A stretch of 64,000 bases of DNA, from assembly GCA_028282885.1 (NCBI GenBank), contig JANQGX010000051.1, forward strand, positions 503 to 64,502, given 5' to 3'. The notes under the pieces were generated by a model. The model was not told the DNA's origin. It did no database searches and saw only the letters and a list, made by a program, of their open reading frames with translations. The stretch comes from SAR324 cluster bacterium. GTDB taxonomy: Bacteria; SAR324; XYD2-FULL-50-16. Below, piece by piece: positions 10,004 through 18,534 of this stretch; within the stretch, counting starts at the first letter, position 1, and each line of letters opens with the position of its first letter. A program made the translations under genes and the position numbers.

Positions 10004-10993
10004 ATGATAAAAACAGCGATCACCGAGATGTTTGGAGTGGAGTATCCGATAATCTGTGGTGCCATGATGTGGCTTTGCAAACCGGAATTATGTGCGGCCA
10101 TATCAAATGCAGGAGGCCTGGGCAACCTGACGGCGGGGAACTACGACACGGAAGACGAGTTCCGAGCCGCCATTCGACAGACCAGGGAACTGACCGATAA
10201 ACCGTTCATGGTCAATATCACAATTCTGCCTTCTGTTCGTATTACGGCAGATCACTACAAGATGTATGTCAAAGTGGTGGCAGAAGAGAAGGTTGCCGGT
10301 GTGGAAATATCCGGAGCTCCCCTGGACAGGGGTGTGGGCCCGGAAGCAATCGAGACGTTAAAAAACGCCGGTGTAAAAATGTTCCACAAAGTCGGAAGTG
10401 TACGTCATGCCCTGCACGCTGAAAAAGTGGGTTATGATGGCATTTATGCAGCAGGTCTGGAAGAAGGTGGTCATCCCCTCAATGAAGATGTCACCACTAT
10501 GGTTTTAACACCCAGAATTGCCGAATCGGTAAAAATCCCTGTTGTCACAGTTGGCGGCATCGCAGATGGACGTTCCCTCGCTGCTGCAATCACACTTGGA
10601 GCATCCGGTGTGATGATGGCCAGCCGATTTATCGCCACTGAGGAGTGCCTGGTTCATGAAGACATTAAAAAAGAGTTGGTCAACCGCCAGGAAAACGATA
10701 CAGCCATTTTCGGTAAGAGTTATGGCCTTCAGGGGAGGGCTTTGAAAACCGAAGTCATTCAAAAGATACTCGATCTGGAAAGCAGCGGAGGAACCCTGGA
10801 AGATATTATCCCGTTAATGGCGGGTGAGAGAATCAAAGAAGCCTGGGAAAGTGGTGATGTACAAAATGCTCCGTTAATGGTGGGTCAATCCATCGGCTTC
10901 ATCAATTCAATACCTAACTGCCGAGATTTACTCAAGACCATGACTCAGGAAGCTGAAGAGACCTTGGCCAGAGCCGGCAGCGTCGTTTACTGA
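10004..10993 (+). CDS. Nitronate monooxygenase (NMO / 2-nitropropane dioxygenase / FabK-like) family flavoprotein
   Basis: N-terminal FGVEYPIICGAMMW, TIM-barrel FMN-binding region TVGGIADGRSLAAAITLGASGVMMASRF. AAGGAG ribosome-binding site upstream. Confidence 0.8.
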   Translation: MIKTAITEMFGVEYPIICGAMMWLCKPELCAAISNAGGLGNLTAGNYDTEDEFRAAIRQTRELTDKPFMVNITILPSVRITADHYKMYVKVVAEEKVAGVEISGAPLDRGVGPEAIETLKNAGVKMFHKVGSVRHALHAEKVGYDGIYAAGLEEGGHPLNEDVTTMVLTPRIAESVKIPVVTVGGIADGRSLAAAITLGASGVMMASRFIATEECLVHEDIKKELVNRQENDTAIFGKSYGLQGRALKTEVIQKILDLESSGGTLEDIIPLMAGERIKEAWESGDVQNAPLMVGQSIGFINSIPNCRDLLKTMTQEAEETLARAGSVVY

Positions 10994-11203
10994 TGTTCGG
11001 CTGGACAACCCGGATTGTGGGGCATTAGCCTACAATCAAGCCGAGATCAGTTATTCGTTTCCAACCGCTTTAATCGGGGCAAACTTAATTGTACATATCC
11101 CGACCGGAATCAAAGGGGCGGCAGTCTTGTGCAGATTTAGCACGATTGTTCAACAGTTCGGGTATACATCGGACAGAAAACAAAAATCAATCGGAGCCGT
11201 CTA

Positions 11204-11641
11204 ATGTCAAGAACGCATGGACTCATCAGTATCCTTCTGTTTACGACCTCCCTGCTCCTGGGTTTGACAGCTCTGATCATTGAATCTCCCTACCTGGGCC
11301 TGGGATACGGTTTTTTGATTATTGCAGGCACGCTTGGAATCAGTTTTTTTTATTGCGCTAAATGCCCCGTCCGGTTAACCCGTTGCAGTCATATCATTGT
11401 AGGCCCCCTCACTCGTCTATTCCCCGAACGACAATCCGACCAATACGGCAAACTGGATTACACTGTTGTTATTGTGATTCTCCTGTTTCTGATCATATCC
11501 CCACAATACTGGCTATGGAATAATATCACGTTATTGATTGGGTTCTGGACAACACTGTTGCTGGCAGGCCTTGAAATCAACCGGTTTGTTTGCACCAGAT
11601 GTGACAACACCCGTTGTATCGCCTGCAAAAAAAGAACATAA
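11204..11641 (+). CDS. Hypothetical Cys-rich integral membrane protein
   Basis: Four predicted TM helices. Cys clusters CAKCPVRLTRC and CTRCDNTRCIAC. No recognised family. Confidence 0.4.
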   Translation: MSRTHGLISILLFTTSLLLGLTALIIESPYLGLGYGFLIIAGTLGISFFYCAKCPVRLTRCSHIIVGPLTRLFPERQSDQYGKLDYTVVIVILLFLIISPQYWLWNNITLLIGFWTTLLLAGLEINRFVCTRCDNTRCIACKKRT

Positions 11642-11719
11642 AAGGCCCGGACCAGCATATTGATAATATCCAAAATCATTTTGGTAGCTCTCCGCATTGA
11701 GAATTAAAAGGATCCTGAA

Positions 11720-12613
11720 TTGACTGCTTATTTTGCCGCATTAGCTGCAGCCCTCTGCTGGTCTTTCGGAGGATTGATCGCAGTAACCCCGGTTAACCAA
11801 TTGGGTTCCATCCGGTTCAATCGAATCAGAATGCCCATGGTATTCGTGATGTTAACCGGAATGGCATTCCTTTCCAACGGTTGGAGCACAATTCAATCGA
11901 CCTATTTCAACTATATTCTCTTTTCCAGCATTGTTGGCATTTTCTTGGGAGACACTGCGCTTTTTTACACAATGAACAAGATGGGGCCAAGAAGAACAGC
12001 AATTCTGTTCGCCACCAATGCCCCGATGACGGCGATCATCAGCTATATTGTCTTTAGTGAAAGACTGAATGCCCAACAAATCATGGGGTGTTCTATCGTC
12101 ATGCTTGGTGTTTTTCTGGCCATTGTTTACGGAACTACAGCCAATCAAACCCATCGTTGGGAACAGATTAAAGGCAGTGCCATTGTGGGAATTCTCAGCG
12201 GTTTGTTGGCCTCGTTATGTCAGGCATCGGGTGCACTGATTATAAAACCGGTAATGGAGGATGGAGCGGACCCAATCACCATATCAGCACTGCGGGTTGG
12301 GATTTCTGCTATTTTTCTCATATCCTTGGGTTTTACAAAAGGCTTTCGTAAACATTCCCGTTCTGATTCAAAACTGACTCCCAAATTAGTACTTTGGGTA
12401 GCAGGTAGCGGTTTTGTTGGGATGGCCATGGGAATGACCCTTCTTCTGTTCGGACTTGCCCGGGGCGAGGCTGGCATTGTGACAACGCTCTCCGCAACCA
12501 CTCCGGTGATGATGCTGCCCCTTTTGTGGATCAAAACCGGGGAGCGCCCTGCTCTTGGCTCCTGGCTTGGTGCGATTTTTGTTGTTATCGGCAGTGCCGT
12601 CCTGTTTAACTAA
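11720..12613 (+). CDS. EamA/DMT-family transporter
   Basis: About 10 TM helices and two EamA-like halves. Glycine-rich helices are typical of the DMT superfamily. Confidence 0.75.
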   Translation: MTAYFAALAAALCWSFGGLIAVTPVNQLGSIRFNRIRMPMVFVMLTGMAFLSNGWSTIQSTYFNYILFSSIVGIFLGDTALFYTMNKMGPRRTAILFATNAPMTAIISYIVFSERLNAQQIMGCSIVMLGVFLAIVYGTTANQTHRWEQIKGSAIVGILSGLLASLCQASGALIIKPVMEDGADPITISALRVGISAIFLISLGFTKGFRKHSRSDSKLTPKLVLWVAGSGFVGMAMGMTLLLFGLARGEAGIVTTLSATTPVMMLPLLWIKTGERPALGSWLGAIFVVIGSAVLFN

Positions 12614-12663
12614 GTGCCTGTACCCGAACCCATTATACCATTGTTTGGAGAAAACCCGTAGCT

Positions 12664-12700
12664 TTCGACATAATTGTCGAAAACAGGCTTTTCTTCATCC
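12664..12700 (+). terminator. Possible intrinsic terminator downstream of the EamA gene
   Basis: 7-4-7 palindrome TTCGACAtaatTGTCGAA followed by a T-rich stretch (gcttttcttc). Confidence 0.3.
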
Positions 12701-12980
12701 CCAATATCAAAACTCCATAATTGGAAAAGCCGCCGTTTGATCACGGCTCAATTTTCACGGATTAAGCCAGCCAACCAGTCAATAAACCATTGATAATAGC
12801 ATTCTTCCTAGTAGTTCCAGCATATTACTGTTCTTTATCCCGTAAGTTCTTAAATCCCTGATCCCATATTCATCGATGGATTTGGCATGTTTTGTGTACA
12901 GACATCGGCAGATAGATTTCAAAGTTATCCGTATCGAGTTTTAATCGGATGGTTTTTCGAAAACATTACATATTAGAGTT

Positions 12981-13247
12981 ATGCCAAGAAAACCAAAAGC
13001 TTATTATTACAAGGAAAGATACTGGACACTTAAGGAACTGGAACAGATATCTCCGGTGGGCAGGAGAACCATACAAAAACGTCTTGAATCGGGATGGTCT
13101 TTAAAAAGAGCTATTGAAGAAGCCAAATACAACCACGAAACATTCGAAATCGCATCGGCAGAAGAAGCATTCAGGGGATGCACTGAAGAACAACTGGCCG
13201 TTCTGGCAGAGTTCGAGCTAAAATGCGAGAATGCAAAATGGGAATGA
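12981..13247 (+). CDS. Small hypothetical protein, possibly an HTH DNA-binding protein
   Basis: 88 aa. WTLKELEQISPVGRRTIQKRLESGWSLKRAI resembles excisionase/AlpA-type helix-turn-helix proteins. No strong ribosome-binding site. Confidence 0.35.
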   Translation: MPRKPKAYYYKERYWTLKELEQISPVGRRTIQKRLESGWSLKRAIEEAKYNHETFEIASAEEAFRGCTEEQLAVLAEFELKCENAKWE

Positions 13248-13462
13248 CCCGATCCGGCTGACGGCGACGGGATCAAGATTCCCCGTTATCCTCCAAACCT
13301 ACCCTTACGACTCAATTTGATTCCGAATAAAAGGATCCGATCTTAAATCAGTCAAGACCGATCCTTCATCAATTTATTCATTTTCCACTACGAAAGCTCC
13401 CTTACGACTATCGTATTTAATCAGGCTTATTCAGATCTAATAAAACGAATAAACTGAAATTG

Positions 13463-13492
13463 TTGCCTTTCTCCTCAAAAAACTGGTATAAT
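13463..13492 (+). promoter_or_regulatory. Sigma70-type promoter with extended -10, upstream of the 13553 gene
   Basis: TTGCCT (-35), 18-nt spacer, TGGTATAAT (extended -10, 13484-13492). About 60 nt upstream of the ATG. Confidence 0.4.
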
Positions 13493-13552
13493 TGAGCTAG
13501 GAAAAAGGCTCCATTCGATTTGCATTTCTCTCCTCTTAGACCAAAAGCAACC

Positions 13553-16500
13553 ATGAAAATATGTCAAACCTGCGATCAGCTTCTGGCTGAAAACATGGTC
13601 ACTTGCCCATCTTGCGGAGATGAAGTCGGCGCAGGCAGAAAACAGATTGACGAATACACGATACTGGAAGTGCTTCAGGAGGGGCACGCCAGCATCATGT
13701 GTCGTGCCGTGGGAGAAAACAGAGGAGCACCTGTTTTAATCAGAATGTACAAGGATCAGGTTGGAATTGATGAAGAAGTTGCCAATCGGCTTCAACATCG
13801 TATGGAACAACTGAACCAGCTACCGGACGATGGATTCATCCGGCATTTTGAAATCACGCGGTCTTCTGACGGCATCTGGTATAGGGTCAGTGAATGGATT
13901 GACGGTGAAAAATGGAGCAGGATCTTTTCATCCGGAATCCTGAAAGACAATCAAATCGCTTTTGACCTCTTTCATCAGATCGCCTGCAGTCTTCAGGTTT
14001 TACACGAGTCCGGACACTTCATACCGCATCTGGTTCTGAGCGATATCATTATTATCAAGGAGAACAGCAAGAAGCTGAAGGCAAAGATTGACTACAAGCT
14101 TTCCCGGTTTTTAGGACATAGTCCCGAGATTCCCGGAACAATGCTGAATGACATCCTGCAGTGTCATCCCGATATTGTTAACAATAAGCCTCTTGATTTC
14201 AGAAGTGATATCTGGTCGCTGGGGAAAATCTTTATAGAGTTACTGACAACTTCCCTTGGAGGCTGCCCGACAACTGCCCAGATCAACAACCTGAATATAC
14301 CGAGAAATGCCAAAACCCTACTGAAGATCATGCTTTCTCCGGACCCTTCCATGCGTCCCCAAACAATGAAAGAGGTCGCGGATGCCCTGCAAAAATTAAG
14401 AAAGCAGAAACCGGAAAAAAGAAAACAGGACAAAAAGGAGAAAAGCTCGATTGTCTTTCCCGAGATTCAGAAGCTCAGGTTTCGCGTCTGGAGTCTGACC
14501 TCCCTGTTAATTGTGCTGCTACTGGGAGGGATCAGCGGCCTGTTCTATTTCACAACTTCAAATAATCACATTGAAACTGACTTCCAGGAATATGCCAATC
14601 GCTATTCAAATTCAGTCGCTTTCGTTCTGGTGGACTATTTTCTGCTGCAAAACGGCAACAGAATTTATCAAAAACGCACTGAAGGAACAGCCTTTCTCGT
14701 TGATGAGCGTGGCTACCTGATTACCAACAGGCATGTTGCCGCCCCCTGGTTACTGGACAGGGATCTGTTTATCATGATCGAACAATTGAAACGCCAGGAA
14801 TTTGAAGTGCATTTCGATTACAGAATGTATCTCTGGTTTGAAGGACAAAAGGCATACAAGAGAATACCTTCGCTGGGAGACAGTGGGGAGTTGAACGATA
14901 TTTACTACATAGAATCCGCTTATCGCTCCGATGGCAAACCACGGGTTGAAATTGCAGGAATCGAACGATCCATTGTACGCCAGGGCTACCTTTCGCGCTC
15001 ACCTCTGAAGGATGACTTCTCCGTGCTGAAAATTGACGAGGTGCCGCCTGGTCTTGAACCCATTCCGCTTGATAAATCACTGAAGATTGAAGATGTCAAA
15101 AAGCTTTCCCCGGTTATTACCATTGGGTTTCCTTTAGGAAGCCGTGCCCAGGCCAACAGGGTGAACGTCAGTGTCACCAGGGGTAATGTCCGGAGAGTCT
15201 TCGAGGAAATGATCCAGGTCGACACCTCTATCTATAAGGGCAATAGCGGGGGTCCCATTATCGATGAAAGGGGAAAGGTAATCGGTATTGCCACCGGAAT
15301 CATGTTTGATACCAGTCTTGGTATGATCCCGGTAATGACCCCACTCTCCGATATAGGAATGGTGCTACCTATTACGAAAACCGCAGCTTTTCTTGAAGAT
15401 CTGAAACAGGGCAAACCGAAATGGAATGGCCTGATGGATCTCTCTATCGATAAAAAGATAGAGAACCTGAAACATTATGCTTTAAGGGGTGATTGGGAAA
15501 TCGCCACAAGGATGGTGACCAATGAACTAAAATTCAGTCTCGATCCGAATCTGATTACCGCAGCGGGAATGATTCATTTTAGTTCCGGTGATTATGTCGG
15601 GGCAAAACACTTTTTCGATCAGGTAATTTCCATGGATGACCAGCATCACGAAGTCAGGCTGATGCTCTACCTGATTGACTGGCTGACCGGAGATTTCATT
15701 GACAGCAGACATCGGCAACCGTTGCTCGATTTCGATTGGCGATCAGATGGCGAGCTATTCGGTTTTTTGGTACGAATTCTGGAAAACCGCGTTGATCCCG
15801 ATTCAGCTCTCCGGGCCTGGTATACATTGAACGAGAAGAGCTGGATTAGCTACATCTCCGCGTTTGTGCAGCATAAAAAACATCGACCCCAGGAAGCCAT
15901 CAAACTCTTGCGAACAGCAGCCTATGCGTCCGGAAAAAGGCTGTGGATTCACTACCTGATCTTAGCGGAACTGCAACACGTTCATGAGCAGCAAATTTTG
16001 CTGACTCGGGACAAAAGAGGTAAAAACCGGCTTGAGAAAGAGATAGAGAGATTTCACAGTTCCCTTGAACAAGCCCTGGGTGAACGGGATCAGAAGCTGG
16101 AAGAGATTACACCACTTTTTTCCAGGTTGTTAATGCCATCGGTTCGAATCAACGACAAAATATCGATCCTGAAAAGGATGAGAGAAATCGATGCCGATAA
16201 CAAAGACATCCTCATCTCGCTTGCCTTTTTTCACGCCATGGAAGGCGATTGGCAGGAGACGGTCAAATACATTAACGAGTTCCTTAAAAAAGGTGGGAGG
16301 GAAAATAAGTCCTATTTGAGCATTCGAGTTCTCGAACTGGGGGTCTTGAACAATCTTGGACTCTCCTCCGATGACCTGGAATCAAAGACCCTGGAGATAT
16401 TGAACCAGATTGAAGATAGCTGGTACAGGGCGATCCTGAAAATGATGTCATCCAAAACATCCGAATCGGTGATGATGGAAAGAGCTGCTCAACACCCCGA

Positions 16501-16681
16501 ATACCTGCTAACCACCCATTTTGCCCTCGGCTTTCTATCCGAGGGAAACAGAGAGTTCGACAAGGCCGTTTATCACTATAAAGAAGCCCTCAGCACTTAT
16601 CTGGAAGGATGGTGGGAATATGAATTTGCCAAAGCCAGAATTCGTAAAATCAGGGACGAGCAGATAACACAATCCAATTAA
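13553..16681 (+). CDS. Multidomain membrane protein: zinc ribbon, degenerate Ser/Thr-kinase-like (pseudokinase) domain, TM helix, trypsin-like (S1) serine protease, TPR-like C-terminal domain
   Basis: Zinc ribbon CQTCDQ...CPSCGD. Kinase subdomains IX (DIWSLGKIF) and XI (MRPQTMKEVADAL) are retained, but HRD is replaced (IPHLVLSD), DFG is replaced by DYK, and the Gly loop is degenerate. TM helix WSLTSLLIVLLLGGISGLFYF. S1 triad: NRHVAAP, DFSVLKID, GNSGGPIID. The C-terminal 400 aa are helical and TPR-like. Confidence 0.75.
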   Translation: MKICQTCDQLLAENMVTCPSCGDEVGAGRKQIDEYTILEVLQEGHASIMCRAVGENRGAPVLIRMYKDQVGIDEEVANRLQHRMEQLNQLPDDGFIRHFEITRSSDGIWYRVSEWIDGEKWSRIFSSGILKDNQIAFDLFHQIACSLQVLHESGHFIPHLVLSDIIIIKENSKKLKAKIDYKLSRFLGHSPEIPGTMLNDILQCHPDIVNNKPLDFRSDIWSLGKIFIELLTTSLGGCPTTAQINNLNIPRNAKTLLKIMLSPDPSMRPQTMKEVADALQKLRKQKPEKRKQDKKEKSSIVFPEIQKLRFRVWSLTSLLIVLLLGGISGLFYFTTSNNHIETDFQEYANRYSNSVAFVLVDYFLLQNGNRIYQKRTEGTAFLVDERGYLITNRHVAAPWLLDRDLFIMIEQLKRQEFEVHFDYRMYLWFEGQKAYKRIPSLGDSGELNDIYYIESAYRSDGKPRVEIAGIERSIVRQGYLSRSPLKDDFSVLKIDEVPPGLEPIPLDKSLKIEDVKKLSPVITIGFPLGSRAQANRVNVSVTRGNVRRVFEEMIQVDTSIYKGNSGGPIIDERGKVIGIATGIMFDTSLGMIPVMTPLSDIGMVLPITKTAAFLEDLKQGKPKWNGLMDLSIDKKIENLKHYALRGDWEIATRMVTNELKFSLDPNLITAAGMIHFSSGDYVGAKHFFDQVISMDDQHHEVRLMLYLIDWLTGDFIDSRHRQPLLDFDWRSDGELFGFLVRILENRVDPDSALRAWYTLNEKSWISYISAFVQHKKHRPQEAIKLLRTAAYASGKRLWIHYLILAELQHVHEQQILLTRDKRGKNRLEKEIERFHSSLEQALGERDQKLEEITPLFSRLLMPSVRINDKISILKRMREIDADNKDILISLAFFHAMEGDWQETVKYINEFLKKGGRENKSYLSIRVLELGVLNNLGLSSDDLESKTLEILNQIEDSWYRAILKMMSSKTSESVMMERAAQHPEYLLTTHFALGFLSEGNREFDKAVYHYKEALSTYLEGWWEYEFAKARIRKIRDEQITQSN

Positions 16682-16961
16682 CGTAAGGACAGCCCACCGA
16701 GTAATTCTGATACAGCCCCCTTTTTCCTATACATACCGGTCTGAAAACTAATAGAATATAAGATTACGTCCAATTCGAAATTCCCGGTAAAAAATAGGAA
16801 ATTTCCTCGAAATGGTTAATTATTAATACTTTATTTACATTTGTATGCTGAAATGGAAATCACTACCCGAAATTGGTCGTTTAACATCAAAAAGCTACCG
16901 TCCATAACCTTACCCTCTCCCATTTGATGATTTTGGGAATGATGGTTTTAGTTGAGCAGCT

Positions 16962-18290
16962 TTGATGGATCATTTGAAACAATTCAGTACTATTAGAGGC
17001 AAGATGAATCGAATTTACAACGGAATGATTCTTTTCCTGATCTGCACACTGTTTGGAGTGCAGTCTGTATCCGCAGAAACCATATCCACTCGTACCAATG
17101 TCAAAGTGATGGTGGTTTCCCCCATGAAATTGAAACTTCATAAATCTTATATCGGATATCTGAAACCATTGGATCGGGTTGTGGTTAAATCCGAAACCTC
17201 CGGAACGGTTGAGAAAATCAATTTCGATAAGGGTGAGAGGGTAAAGTCAGGGGACGTTCTGGTCCACATCTCGACCAACGAACTCGAATTAAGAAAGACC
17301 ATTGCCAAAACCAATTACCAGCAATCGGTTACCGATTATCAGATTCAGAAGCAGCTTTATCTCGGCACTGATGGGTCAAAAAAAGGAGCAAAAAGCGAAC
17401 ATGTCACGATCAAGCAGCTACAATTGAAGGTGGACATGGCAAAAACCGATTATGACCACGCCCTATCCGAATATGAGGTTCAGAAACGACTTTTCGAGAA
17501 GAAGATGACCAGCGCGACCTCCTACGACGGTTATAAAACAACTCTCGAAATCAAACGAATCACCTGGCAAAATGCGATTCTGGAACTGAATCAGGCAAAG
17601 GTGAAGGATAAGGCAAGATTGGAAACCTATGAGAACTCGATAAGAATCAACGAGGTAAACCTGAAACTGGCCGGACTGGAGCTGGAAAAGTCAAAGGTGA
17701 AAGCGCCTTTCAACGGAATCGTCAAAGAAAAAACGGTTCAAATGGGCGGATTCATCCAGAGTGGTACAGATCTATTTGAAATCATGGATATATCCAAGGT
17801 TCTTGCTCATATCAATATCTCCGAAAAGGAAATGCGATACGCCGCTGTGGGAAATCCGGTTTCTATCCGGCTTGATGCGCTTCCCGGGGAGGAGTTCAGT
17901 GGAAAAATCAAAACACTCGGACTGGAAGCCGATTTGAAATGCAGGTGCTTCCCTGCCGATATTGTTATTGATAATCCTGAGAGAAAGCTGCTACCCGGCA
18001 TGATGGCCAGGGTAAATATGCTGGCCAAGTCCGAATCCAAACAGGTCATCGTGCCCCGTCATGCTGTCCTGGAACAGGAACAGGGCTCTGTTGTTTTTGT
18101 TGTGGAGAACGGCGTGGCCAAGCAACGACTTGTCGAAACCGGAGATATGGTTCGAGAAAACGTTCAGATCATCAGAGGACTGGAGTTTGGCGATGTACTG
18201 GTAATCGTCGGGCAAAACCTGATTGCCAATAACGAACCGGTAAACATTATCAATAAGAACAAAAAACTGGTTCAAAATATGGCAGAGTAG
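16962..18290 (+). CDS. Efflux RND periplasmic adaptor (HlyD/membrane fusion protein family). Start uncertain: 16962 or 17004.
   Basis: Signal/TM anchor, long coiled-coil hairpin region, beta-barrel domain. Lies immediately upstream of the RND pump gene. Confidence 0.8.
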   Translation: MMDHLKQFSTIRGKMNRIYNGMILFLICTLFGVQSVSAETISTRTNVKVMVVSPMKLKLHKSYIGYLKPLDRVVVKSETSGTVEKINFDKGERVKSGDVLVHISTNELELRKTIAKTNYQQSVTDYQIQKQLYLGTDGSKKGAKSEHVTIKQLQLKVDMAKTDYDHALSEYEVQKRLFEKKMTSATSYDGYKTTLEIKRITWQNAILELNQAKVKDKARLETYENSIRINEVNLKLAGLELEKSKVKAPFNGIVKEKTVQMGGFIQSGTDLFEIMDISKVLAHINISEKEMRYAAVGNPVSIRLDALPGEEFSGKIKTLGLEADLKCRCFPADIVIDNPERKLLPGMMARVNMLAKSESKQVIVPRHAVLEQEQGSVVFVVENGVAKQRLVETGDMVRENVQIIRGLEFGDVLVIVGQNLIANNEPVNIINKNKKLVQNMAE

Positions 18291-18534
18291 TCACTCCCTG
18301 ACCACTTCGTCCCCGGTTTTTTGTTCAAATATCCCGAAATCAAACAAAACTTTTGTGTGAAAATCCCGTCCCCGGTTTGGATTGATTGAATCGTGGACGG
18401 TCATTCTCAGCAAGAAAACAGAACCTTTCCCGGTATCTCCCCTAATCCCTAACTCTATTGGAGATTGACAATCGGATAAATTCGAATGCCGTGGAAAATC
18501 GATCCCAGAAACTTGAAAAGACCAAGACGTTCAC

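Noticed and set aside
13302-13409. 11-nt direct repeat CCCTTACGACT at 13302 and 13399
   Set aside because: Exact 11-mers recur by chance hundreds of times in 64 kb. No further repeat units, so not an array or iteron set.
16141-16151. tRNA T-loop-like GGTTCGAATCA
   Set aside because: Flanking bases do not form a T-stem or acceptor stem, and it is inside the coding region of the 13553-16681 gene.
16798-16807. 10-bp palindrome GGAAATTTCC upstream of the efflux adaptor gene
   Set aside because: Perfect 5+5 palindromes are expected dozens of times by chance in this window. No cognate TetR-type regulator adjacent.
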